From: Camelus ferus
Lineage: Eukaryota
DNA: 64,000 bases
Reading direction: 5' to 3'
NCBI RefSeq assembly: GCF_009834535.1
Contig: NC_045697.1
Location: forward strand, 68,512,001-68,576,000
Shown here: positions 49,375-61,119 of the stretch, one piece after another
Layout: each line of letters starts with the position of its first letter
Numbering within the stretch: the stretch's first letter is position 1
Made by a program: the position numbers and the translations under genes
Notes under the pieces: model-generated
Told to the model about the DNA's origin: nothing
What the model saw: only the letters and a program-made list of their open reading frames with translations
The model's database searches: none

Positions 49375-50397
49375 TAGTTTGTATCACTACCTTAAAAAAA
49401 ATCACCACAATCTTAGCCATTCAAACAATACAAATGTATTGTCTCATAGTTCTGTAGGTCAGAAATCCAATAGGTTTGGCTGATTACTTTACTTTGGGTC
49501 CCTCAAGGCCACAGCCAAGATGTCATCAGGGCTCTGTTTTTTCTGGAGGTTCTAGAGGAGAATCCATTTCCAGATCCTTTTAGAATCTACGCACTGGCAG
49601 AACTCAGTTCCATGGGTTTGTGCTACTAAGGTCCTCATTTCCTTGCTGACTGTTGGCTGAGCTCCTCATGTAACAGGGAAGAACCTCGGTATTCTAATTT
49701 AATCACTGAAGGAATGTTGCCTGTAAGCTTAAATTTTGCATAATAGTCCATGCCTGGGAACCTTGCCTCCCAGGTGATGAAGGTTGAGCTAAAATACCTC
49801 TGATTTACTCTCCAGAAACATCCTGACTAGGCCCACCTGTGAGCGATAGCGGACAGGAATAAGTTGAAGCCGGAACCGGGCTTTAGTCCCTCCCCTTTCA
49901 GTATAAAAGAAGCCTGAATTCTAACTCGGGGAAGATGGTTCTTTAGGACGTTGGTCTGCTATGTTCTCGGTCTGCTGGCTTTCCGAATGAAGTCGCTATT
50001 CCTTGTCCCAATACCTCGTTTCTCAATCGATTGGCCTGTTGTGCTGCGAGCAGTATGATCCTGGACTCAGAAACGCTAGAGGTGAGTTCATTTCTTGGCT
50101 CCTTCCATCTTCAAAGGGGCTCAAGCCCTTCTCACATTTCATGTTTCTCTGCCTCATCTATCCGCTGCCCTTCTGTTGCATCTCTCTGACGACAGCCAGA
50201 GAATTTTCTGTTTGTAAGGGTTCATAGGATTGGGCTGAGCACAGCTGGATAATCCAAGCCAATCTCCCTGTCTCAAAAACTAATATCTTAATCATATCTA
50301 CAAAGTCCCGTCTGCTATGGAACCAGAACATATTCTCAGGTGTGGGGGATCAGAGAGCAGCCATCTTTGGAGGGGGGTTGTTATTCTGCCTACCACA
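49375..50397 (-). mobile_element. MaLR solo LTR (MLT1D/E-like) split by a younger LTR
   Basis: GTCTCATAGTTCTGTAGGTCAGAAATCCAA, CTGGAGGTTCTAGAGGAGAATCCATTTCC; resumes after 50075 and ends TTATTCTGCCTACCACA. Confidence 0.85.
49669..50075 (+). mobile_element. ERV1 solo LTR, MER41-like (artiodactyl branch)
   Basis: Starts TGTAACAGGGAAG. TATA box GTATAAAAGAAGCCTGAATTCTAACTCGGGGAAGATGGTTCTTT. 3' part GTCTGCTGGCTTTCCGAATGAAGTCGCTATTCCTTG...GCGAGCAG. Many retained CpGs. Confidence 0.8.
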
Positions 50398-50741
50398 CTA
50401 GTCTTCCAATAAGCTAAATTATAATTTGATAGACAGCTGCATGGGGCCACAAACAAACATCTTTAAATTGGGGGAAATGATGTCTCAAAGGAGTTTTCGG
50501 CTGTGTAATTTATGTGATCTTTGTTTAGAACTGATTCCATCAGCCCAAAGTAGGGCATGCAGTTCTCGATTAAACAGTAACAATTCAAAGCAGAAAAGCA
50601 TATAACTTATTACATCACTTTCTTTTCCTCTCTTGCCCGTTTGAAAGCCACCCTGTAGTTATCAACCTTCAAGTTTTGTTCTTAGTATCAAGTTATTTAA
50701 CAATGACACATTCTTCTTTTTTTCACTCTTTACTGACTCTT

Positions 50742-51877
50742 TTTAAATTGTGATAAAATTTACATAACATAAAACATTAAATTTTAACCATCTGTACAAT
50801 TCCGTGGTATAAAGTACACACACAATGTTGTATATCTGTCACTACCATCTATTTCCAGAACTTCATTATCATTTCAAATGAAAACTCTGTAACCATTAAG
50901 CAGTAACTCCCTACTGCCCCCTCCTCCCAGCTGGTAAGAATTTCTGTCCCTAAGAATTTGCTTATCCTAGATGCCTCATCAGTGGAATTAGACAATAGTT
51001 TTTCTTTAGTGTCTGGCTTATTTCACTTAGCATAATGTTTTCAGGGTCCATCCATGTGTAGCGTGCATCAAAACATCATTCCTTTTGATTGATGAATCAC
51101 GTGTGTGTGTCACATTTTGTTTATCTAATCTGTTCACAGGCACTTGGGTTTCTTTTACCTTTTGGCTTTTGTGAAAATGTTACTATGAATATAAGTGTAC
51201 AGATGTCTCTGAGTCCATATTTTCAATTCTTTCAGGTATATAACTAGAAGTGTACTTGAAGAATTATTATTAAAATAATTCTATTTTTTTATTTTTGAGG
51301 ACCCACCATACTGTTTTCCATAGCAGATGCACCATTTCACATTGCTACCAACAGTGCAATTCCAATTTTTCCATATCCTTGCCAATACATACTTTCCGGG
51401 GTTTTTTTGGTTATTGTTTTGTGTTTTATGATAATAAGCCATCCTACTGAGTGAGGTAGTATTTCATTATGATGTTGATTTGTATTTCCCTAGTTATTAG
51501 TAATGTTATCTTTTCATTTTTTTATTGACCATTTGTATATTTTCTTTGGAGAAATGTCTATCCAAGTCCTTTGCCCATTTTATAATTGAATTGTTTTTTT
51601 CCTTCTGCTGTCAAGTTGTGGGTGTTTTTTAGTGTCAATATTAAAACCACATTAGATATGACTTGCAAAATGTTTTCTCCCATTCTGTGGGTTGTCTTTT
51701 CATTCTTATGCACAATGGTTTTTAATTTTGATGAAGTCCAGTTTATTTTTTTCTTTGTGATTTTTGATGTCATTTGAAAAATCATTGCCAAATTCAAGGT
51801 CATGAAGATTTTCCTTTTTTTTTCCTAAGAACTTTCTAGTATTAGCTCTTGAAATGGATCAAAGACCTAAATTTAAG
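50742..51877 (-). mobile_element. 5'-truncated L1MA/MB-like element with terminal 27-bp inversion
   Basis: 3' end TTTTAAATTGTGATAAAATTTACATAACATAAA; antisense ORF2 end (CTTTGGAGAAATGTCTATCCAAGTCCTTTGCCCATTT). Degraded TSD 50727-50741 / 51878-51892. Confidence 0.85.
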
Positions 51878-52215
51878 TTTTCACTTACTCTTAAGCTTAT
51901 GGTTTACTCTTTTGTTTTTCAGTATTTCAATTCAGATAGCAAAAAGTGTTTCCTTTTTTTTTTTTTTAATGGCTTGCTAGCAAAAAGGATTTCCCCTTAA
52001 GTTTTAAATGAAAACCTAGGGAATGAACAGTGTTTGATTACTTGAAAGCTGTATTTATTTTAATAAATGTAATGAAGAAGGAAGATATAGATGCTTTATA
52101 AACTATGGCCACTGACCTTTTTTCTCATTAGGTTTAAAAATGTATGCATGGAAATCTAAGGAGCTAAATTTTCTTACCCTTGCTAAGAAAGTTGTTAAAT
52201 CTGAACATTTATTAT

Positions 52216-52780
52216 TGTATAATAAAGGATTTGGCTGGCCTTGTCCCCAGTTCTTAGGAAATAACCTCAAAAGTCTTGGAGCTTCCCAAGTGATAGGAGT
52301 ATCTTTATCGTCCAGGGTGGGCCCCTGAACCACATTTGATAGTATATGCTAACAAGGTGACTCATGGTACCCATTAGATAGTTTATGGTGATGAGGTGAC
52401 TTAAAATTGGGGTTGGCCATGCCAGAAGGACCAATCATGAGATTGGAGAGTTTTGAGCCAGGTGATTTCAATCCTAACTCTGAGGTGTGTAGGGAGCATG
52501 GAGATTGAATTCAGCCACACGGCCAATGTTTTGATCAGTCATGCTCACAGAATGAAGACTCAATGAAAACTTTGGACACTGCAGCCTGGGTGAAGTACCC
52601 TGGTTGAGAATACTTTTTGAGTATTGTCACACTTTGATTCTAAGAAGGTAACATATCCCTGGAAACTTTGCATTTGGAACTTTCCCCAATTTTGCCCTAT
52701 GTATCTCTCCTTTTGGCTGGTTCTAGTTTGTATATGTTGCTCTAATAATAAAACTAATGCTAAGAATGGTGCTTTTAATA
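52216..52780 (+). mobile_element. Solo LTR (MER77/MER21-like)
   Basis: TGTATAATAAAGGATTTGGCTGGCCTTGTCCCCAGTTC...CCCAAGTGATAGGAGT...GGCCATGCCAGAAGGACCAATCATGAGATT...GCCCTATGTATCTCTCCTTTTGGCTGGTTCT...AATAAAA. Confidence 0.75.
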
Positions 52781-54264
52781 ATAAGTTTTTTGAGAAAAAG
52801 GCTCACTGGTAAATTTAAAGGAAGGTTAATGGAAATAAAAGACAATTAATGGAAGAGAGCAGAGATGGAGTCAAGGGTCCAAGTGGAGAGTTAACTCTTA
52901 CAATTAATGTATGAGAAAGAAAGATTACTCCGGGCTTCAGTGATCCGAGAGAACTTCCTGGAGGTGTCAAATCTCGTTCAGGACCTTGAAGGTAGACCAA
53001 AGTGAATGAGAGAGAAGATGTGAGCTTTCCAGGCAGGGAGACAATGTGAGCACAGTCACACAAACTGCTCATCAGTTTTAAGAGAAGCTTCATGATATGA
53101 GGATCTAGAGGCACAAATTGAAACTGAGATATAGTTTTACTTTTTCCGAGAATTTCTCTCCTAAGTTAAATGATGAAAGTCTGATAGCCAATGGAATGGA
53201 CTAGGCATATTGCTGTGTTTTTCTTATTAGTGTATAAAAGACTGAGCATTAAAAAGATCGTATGCCACAAACATACCACTTAGGCTCACCATGGAACTAG
53301 GATACTTAGGGGATTTTTTCCTTTTTATTTTTAATTGTAGGCTAATTTTTAATTTTTTCTTATAAAAGTGTACAAGTATGGCATAAAAGCTAATTGTAAT
53401 AAAGATTATATAAAGAAGCAAAAAATCATTTATACTGCTTCAATCTAGAGATAAGTCATTATAGATAATAACTGTCTATTTTTAGGTAAATATCCTTCCA
53501 GTCTATGCATTTTTTTACATAATTGAGATATAGACAGAAATAGAGAATTCTCCTTTAATTGCATAAATATATATATGCAATTTCCCGTGTCTTTAAAAAT
53601 AGTCTCATTTTGAAGGACTGAAAAATATGCTCTAATATATTTAGTCATCTGCATATTATTAGTTTGTGTTCCATTTTCACAATTCCAAATAATATTTATG
53701 TACATAAATTAATATATATTCTATACATCATTGCAGATTACCTTAAATATCTAGGCATTATATTACAGAAACAATGAGTGGAACTGGAACAAAAATATCT
53801 TACTTTGACAATCAAATATTTGCAGAATTTGTTTTATATAATTCAGTGAATGACCGTGAATCAAACCCATACCCTCAGATACACAAAGGGAAGACTACTT
53901 TTCTCCTCTTGGAGTTCTCTCTTTGATACTGTAATGTTAGAATGAGCTTGTGGAAAATTATTTTGTGAAAGCACTTTGTTCAGCTGAGCTAAATGAAAAG
54001 AAATAGTTTTACCAGATACCTGGAACACTGGTGCATATTCACTGTAATGCAGGGAACTAAAAATATGATTTATAATGATTTATAATTTAGAATGAGAAGC
54101 ACATTCTATCAAGGAGCATCCACAGGAGAATGCTTACCAGGAATCTCAGTCTGCCTGCACCTCCCAAACCCACTGCCAAAAACTAAGAAAGAGCTCCTTG
54201 TTATCCAGTAGCTTAATGTAATCCCATGACAAAACTCCTAGGTTTGTAGGTAGGCAGGTAGGTA

Positions 54265-54683
54265 TATCCTTTTATATATCAACGCGACTAGATGAGGGTG
54301 TCCAGTTTTTTGGCAATATCAGTTTAGATACTGCTGTGAAGGTATTTTTTAGATGTGATTAACATTTAAATCAGTAGGCTTTGAGTAAAGCAGTTACCCT
54401 CCATAATGTGGGTGCTCCTCATCCAGTCGGTTGAAGGCTTTAAGAGACAAAAGGAAGGCTTTCTCCCTCTAGATTGAACTTCCAACTCAAGTCTACAACA
54501 TCTACTCCTCTTGCTGGGATATAGGGATTTACCTGTATCTATATATTAATCCTATTGGTTCTTATTTAGTTACTATGTGTGTGTGTGTGTGTATAGAGAG
54601 TGACAAAGAACATAGGATAGGAGATAAATCTAAATTTATTTATCCTTTTGGTTTTTTTTCTCTGGAGAACCCTGACTAATACA
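54265..54683 (+). mobile_element. ERVL solo LTR (MLT2-like)
   Basis: GTGAAGGTATTTTTTAGATGTGATTAACATTTAAATCAGTAGGCTTTGAGTAAAGCAG...CCTCCATAATGTGGGTG; ends TCTGGAGAACCCTGACTAATACA. Confidence 0.88.
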
Positions 54684-54739
54684 AGTCGTTAAGTGAATAG
54701 AGAGATGGCCAGACAAAGAGGTGTTGCTCCCAAGTGATA

Positions 54740-54940
54740 TGACAGTGTGTGTTGAAAATGCTTTGGAATAATAGTCAAAAGACTGGGGTTTGAGTTTTGG
54801 CTGTAGCATTTACAAGTTGTGCAGCCACAGAAAAGTCTTTTAACCTCTCTGAGTTAGTTTCCTCATCTATAAAGTAAACCAATAGTCTCTCTGCCCATCT
54901 TGCCAGGCTGTTATGATCACTGATAAAAATAACAGGATAA
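54740..54940 (+). mobile_element. MIR SINE
   Basis: TAGTCAAAAGACTGGGGTTTGAGTTTTGGCT...TTTAACCTCTCTGAGTTAGTTTCCTCATCTATAAA. Confidence 0.75.
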
Positions 54941-57469
54941 AGTCTGCTAATATTGATTGCATGCTAATGATGAGCCATGCAGTGGTACTCATTTTGCACA
55001 AATTATCTCATTTAATGCTCAACAAAAACTTTCCAGGTAGATACAATTATCTTCATAGACAAAATCTCAGCCCAGATGTTATTTGCTCAGAGACCTTCTC
55101 GATTTTCTTACCTAAAGTAGGGCCCCTTCTATGCCGCTTTCACTCATCTCCCTATTTCATTGCTTAAGAGCACTAATCACAATTTAAGATTTTCTTGCTT
55201 AAATGGCTGGTTTACTGTTTCACTATTAGTCTGGCAGAGAGGAGGCTCTCATTTAATATTTGAAATATGAATGAGTGAATGAAACTTTGGGAAGCTATGC
55301 GTGTAATGATAATTCAACATATGCAGCCATTCTAACATTTAGAAGTAAAGACTCTAGAGATGAGCAGTCCTGCAGTTACACTGATGCACTAGTGATGGGG
55401 CCTGAAAGATCCATCTCCACTCTTTCTGAAGGAGCCTGAAACACAAAGTGTCTTCCCTAGTTCTCACCTCTCTCATCCTCTGGAACCTGAGGGTGAGGAA
55501 GCCTGGCTAAGAAGGGAGATGCACTCCAGGACAGTACTTTTCCCAGTGCAGCCTCACTCTGGAGAAGATATTTAGTGCATGGTGTTGATTTTGGCCTCTT
55601 CCATCATAATAGCCCTTGTAATGTACCCTAGTCCTTCAGTAATACAGTCCTTTGGCCCTGCTGTCTTGGCGTTATGGTCTTAGTTTTCTTTGAAGGAACC
55701 TGATGACAAGGAGGATGACCTCCACCTCTCCACTAACTCCCGTGGACAGTTAGTGCCTGAGAGAGGAGGAGTTCTGGAGGTCAGCATCACCATAAGTGAA
55801 GGCCCCAGAGATGCTGGGCACATGTGCAAATCAAAAGGACCAAGATCTGCATTTCCCCACCACAGTCTAGGGTGAGCCAACCTACAAAACAAAACAGCGG
55901 CTGGAGGAGGAGTGTGGGAAGAGGTATTTAAACTGCAGTTTTGCTGGTGGGGAAACTGATCAGGCAGGTCATGAGTTGTCCAGGTTTACGTGTTAGTGAC
56001 CGAGGGTGGTCTAAAACTCTTAATTCTTCCCACCGTATGGTGCTTCGCTTTTTTTCTTGATTGACGAGTATTACAAAGCTTGTTCTCAGTGAATACACTT
56101 GAATAATAAAGAGAAGAAGTGATATTTCAGAATATGATAGATGAATACCTGCATTTGGCAAGACATTCTCTTCCCAGAGGCTTAATTAGGTTATAATTTC
56201 AAAAGATTCTTCATGTGACTTTCTGAAGGTGCCTCTACTATATTTTCATGCTTCATTTCTATCCCCGTGAAATGGAGTTGCAAATGGTCTAGCAGCTGTT
56301 ACAATCAGGCATCACATTTGCCTTTTATTTATAATCCTGTAGAAATTCTGATAGTCAGTCTTATCTTTAAATGCAAATTCAAAGTAAAAATATTACTTTC
56401 CCACCCTCCATGATTAATGCTTTTGGATGCAAGTTGTGGGTGAAGGGCACTTTCTGTTTGGCTCACATTTGGTGTCTTATGGGTTGAATTTTCAGTTCTC
56501 ATCCAGCAAAATTAGGCAGTACCAGGTAGCCTGGTGGTTCTCTTCCTATGGAAATTGTGCCTTAAAGTTGTGTGAATGACTAGTGACACAGCTGAGACCT
56601 TCAGGCTGCATGAGACAAACTGAGCTCAGATGGATGTGACACATGCTGGCCCCTCAGTGTTGGAGGGCAGCTTGTGATCAGTTGGTCTCATGGCTGACAT
56701 ATTTTTGATGACAACTCATAATTTCATCAGCTCTCCTTCACTAAACACATTCATAACCAGAATCCCTGAATCCTTCCTTTCTGTTGTTTTATATCACTTT
56801 TGCACTATTTCATCATTTTTACCTCCTATGCCCTTACCCTAAACTCATTTTTCATCATTTTTGAACAAATTATTCATATAAAGAAAACTTTCTTTTAATG
56901 CATATTTGACATGCTGTATTTTTACAAGAGTGTAACAAAAATGTGGAAGCTGCTACAAAGTATGCATGGATTCCCATAGGACTTACTTTTATATTTCTTT
57001 TTATAAGACAGGATAATCCACTGAAATAAAATTATTCAGTGTAACGGTGAGAACAGTAGCCATCTAGTTAAATCTTTCCCTAGGTGACAGATATCAGCTG
57101 AAAAGATCTAGATGGGCTCCAGGTAACATTCAGTCCACTCTTTCTCTAATTTTCGTTTATCTTACTTTAAACAAAGAGGGAGGAGGGATCACTTATTTGG
57201 GGAAGTTTAAAGAAAGCTGTAAAAGTGGCCACCAGTGACAGGTGAAACATGTTCCATAGGATGAAACAGAATGTACAGAAACAGCAAGTGCCTATTGTTC
57301 CAATATTCCCTTCAAATGTGTTAATGAATAGACTGAAATGAGGCAAAACTAATGTAAATACCGTGCTCTGTACTGAGAGGAAAATATTTATAAATCAGGA
57401 TCACTCTTGGGAGAATAAGCTTATAAAAATGGACCACACCCACATGAATGTTTTCAGAAATCCTGTTAA

Positions 57470-58330
57470 GTCTCTCAAGATACATCCTGCCAGTGACCTG
57501 ATCTCACCCACTTCCCTGCTACCACCTTAGACCAAAACACTGTGAACTCACACCTCAGTTACATCAGCAGCATAACTGCCTTGGCTCTGCCCCTTTCCTT
57601 TGCAGTGTTTTATCAAACCCGTGCCTACAGGGATCCTTTTAAAATAGAAATAAGTCTTATCAATCTTTAGCTCAAATTGGCAGTCCCTATCACTCAGGGT
57701 GAAGGCTTCCCAATGGCCTAAAAAGCCTCACTGGATATAGAACTTGGTGTTGTGATGAGCCGTTGCTTGTGTAACAGAGTACCCCACAGTGATCTTTTTA
57801 TTGTTTTCAGCTCGTGGTTTTCTCAGGTCCTCTCCGGAGTGGTGGTGGGGGCTGGAGTATCAGTTAGAAGTCTGACAACTAATCCTGGCTGTCAGTGGTC
57901 TGTTAGCTGCAGTGCACACGCAGCCCCTCCACATGGCCTGCACTTCTCGTAGCCTGGCAGTTCTGTCCCCAGAGGAAGCATCCCAGGGAACAATAAGCAG
58001 AAGGTGCCAGTTTCTTCTGATGACACTAGGTCTGAGTGGACCTAGAAACTGGCACAGCGTAACTTCAGCCACATCGCTAGTCAGTCAGTAGACCTAGGCG
58101 CCTCCTCTCCGTGAGGGGAGTGTCAAAAGACTTTGAGAATTATGTTTTAAAGCCACCAGAGCTGGCTATCCCCTAGACCTCACCCCTATATCTCATCTCC
58201 TGGCTCACTCAATTCTAGCCATACTCACTCCCTTGCTCGTCCTTGAACACAGGAGCCAGGCCCCTTCCTTGAGGCCTTTGTACCACTGCGCCTCCCCACC
58301 CCCCACTCCCGCCTTGACCACATGCATTGT
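57470..58330 (+). mobile_element. L2 fragment split by an MLT1 LTR
   Basis: CTCACCCACTTCCCTGCTACCACCTTAGACCAA, GGGATCCTTTTAAAAT; resumes at GCTCACTCAATTCTAGCCATACT...TCCTTGAACAC. Confidence 0.6.
57745..58158 (-). mobile_element. MaLR solo LTR (MLT1F/G/H-like)
   Basis: CCTCCACATGGCCTGCACTTCTCGTAGCCTGGCAG, AGAAACTGGCACAGCGTAACTTCAGCCACAT, GGGGAGTGTCAAAAGACTTTG...TTTTAAAGCCACCA. Confidence 0.7.
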
Positions 58331-59029
58331 GTAAATTCCACAGTGTTCCTGAAAGCTAACTCTAAAATTTCTCCCTTGAAACTGCTATTTTCTATACTAA
58401 CTTATTCATTTCTTAAAGAACCTCATCTAACTCTTCCTTTGATATGCTTAATGAACCAAGTCATTACTGAATAGAGTGGGTTGAAGGGTGATTAATCATT
58501 GATATTTATAATAATGACTTAGAGTACAGAAATAACCTTGACTCATCAAAAATTAAATTACATTTGGTATGATACAGTTAGTAAAGCAAGGGATTTTCAT
58601 GTTAAGATTTTCAATAATGAATATTGATATAAAGAGAAAATTCTGGTTAACTAAGGGTTAGCCTGAAAATGATTTAAAATACTTCTTTCCTTAGGTTTCT
58701 TTTCATTCAAGTTTCCACTGAAATAAACATGTAAAGCTGTATCATAATAGATGAAAATTGTATCTTGTGTTTTATCTTATTTATACTTGAGTATTATGTT
58801 CAAGGCTTTTTGCTGGAAAGTGATGTGATAGTTTGTTCAAAGATACATTTTCTTTTTGCTGTCTTAGGAACTGACAATCAAAAACATTATAAATGGATGA
58901 ACATTTTCAGGCCTTTAACAAGGTAATTGAGAAATATATCCTTGGTGAAGAAGTAGGAAACACAGGAGAGTAACACAGTGCTACAGAAACGTCCTTTGAT
59001 GAATGATGGAAGAGGAAGGGCTAGAGCAT

Positions 59030-60210
59030 AATCACCCTATGTCTCTCCTCATGTCCAATTAACGCTAAGTGCTCTCTGTTCAACCTCTCCAATCTGTCCC
59101 CTTGCTTCCACCAGAGCACCAGCACCTTGAATTATGGCGTCATCATTTTGCAGTCCACTATGCTAACAATTTCCTAAATGGTTTCCAAGACTCCTGTCTT
59201 GCCCCCTGAAGTTCACTTTTCACATTGTCACCAGGATAATATTTCTTAAAACAAAACTGAATCATGCAGTGACACCATTCCTGTCTTAAAACCCTTCAAT
59301 AGTTCTCTGCTGGCCTAAAGGACAGAAAAATTTTAACTCCCTAGTGTGACATCTAGTCTTTTATGGCCTTGCCCCTGCATCCCTTTTCAGTTCCACCCTT
59401 CTCCCCTCCCTCCCACGCTGGCCACTCAAAATTCATTCATTCTGAAACACTAGAAGTTCCCTGAAAAAGCCATGCCTTCCTTACCTTCCAGCCTTTGCTT
59501 TTGTTACTCCTGTCAAAACACCTCTTCACTTCCCTTTCTTTTCTGTGGGAACATGTAAATGTGTTAGCATCTGCCCGTTATCCAGCCTTCTCTAGATACA
59601 TGAATTGGGAACAGTGAATACACAAAATTATGAGCAAGTCAGATGCTTCCAGACGAACTAGGACCAAAACCAGGAAGGACTGATCAGATGAGCGGGCACA
59701 CACATTCCCAGGGTTAAAGGAAGGTCCAAGTGTGTGTTGCAGTGCAAACTGAGCCTTGGCTCGGCTGCAGCAGGATACACACTCCCTTGCTCTCAAGTAG
59801 GAATAAATGAATATGTGTTGTCTCCAGCTTTTGCTGATAAAGAAGGCCCAGTACACATGAGGTCCCTAGGAAATTCTTCTATAGCTACATGGGATTTGGT
59901 GCTTGTGACTTGCTACCTTACAGCAAGAAACTACTGGATCGCAGTCAAATCTGAGGATTAATATTCACCTCTCTTGGAAGACTTTGCCCACTTCCCCCGG
60001 CCTCTCCTTCCCAGGCTAGGTTAATGCCTCTCTAGGTGCCGGTGGCAGCCTGTTTTTATCTCTGCAGAAGACATCATCAACTATGTAAATTTCTATTTTA
60101 CCTCTTCCATCTGTCTGTATGGTCTTTAAGGAGAAGAAATATAAATGATTCCTGATCACCTAGCACAGTGCCTGACACGTAGTAGACTCTGAATAAATAA
60201 AACAAATGAT
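59030..60210 (+). mobile_element. L2 3' portion, interrupted at about 59554-59922
   Basis: TTCCTAAATGGTTTCC, CTTAAAACCCTTCAATAGTTCTC, CCTAGCACAGTGCCTGACACGTAGTAGACTCTGAATAAAT. Confidence 0.75.
59554..59922 (+). mobile_element. Probable solo LTR, family not recognised
   Basis: TGTAA...TTACA termini, AATAAA at about 59802, interrupts a collinear L2. No clean TSD. Confidence 0.5.
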
Positions 60211-60389
60211 GTCCTGAGACCTTGAAGGACACCACAGTTTGAAACTATCACTACTGTATATTTATCTTCAAATGCTAGTGAGAGAGAAAAAGACATGTAA
60301 AGGTTAGGACTTCCCTGGACAAGGATACCTTAGCTTACTTGGTGAGAACCTGTGATTCCAATATTAGATAACAGCATTATGTTATAACA

Positions 60390-61060
60390 GTGGTCAGCCT
60401 GCATCCTTGCATTATGCCCAGTATGATGATGGCTGTAGGTTTTTCATAGATGCCCTAAATTAGACTGAGGAAGTTTCCTTTTATTTCTCATTTGCTGAAA
60501 GTTGTTATTAAAATGATTGCTAAATTTTATCAAATGTCTGTTCTGAGTCTTTTGAGGTTAATTTATGATTTTTTCTTGGTAAAAAAAAAATGTTAGTGCT
60601 GAGCAACTTACCATTTCTGAGATAAACTTTGCTTAATCATGATGGATTACCCTTTTTATGTACGGCTTGATTTGATTCAATATATTTTGTTATGGATTTT
60701 GTGTCTATGTTCACAGGTTTCAGATTTGATGAGTGATTATCAATTCAAGTTCACTAAATCTTTCTCCACCTATGCCCAGACCACATTCACTCATCAAATT
60801 AATTCTTTATTGTTTATATATTATTTTATCTCTAGGAATCCCATTTGGTTCTTGTGTAGTTTACATCTCTCTCTATTCCTTTAAGTTGCTAATCTTTCCT
60901 CTAGAACACTTAACATTATTTCTCATAGTTATTTAAAGTTTGACTGAAAATTTCAACAACTGGGCCATCTCTAAGTCTCATTTTGACTCTTTCCTCTTTT
61001 AACTTTTTTTAAACTTTGTGTCTTATAAGTTTTTGTCACATGACAGTAATTGTGTGTAAA
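60390..61060 (-). mobile_element. Ancient L1M ORF2 fragment
   Basis: GTATGATGATGGCTGTAGGTTTTTCATAGATGCCC...AGACTGAGGAAGTTTCCTTTTATT...TTTTATCAAATG. Confidence 0.7.
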
Positions 61061-61119
61061 AACAACAACCACCAAAGTAGGACATTAAATAAATAGTATT
61101 TGCCACCTAGAAAAGTTTG

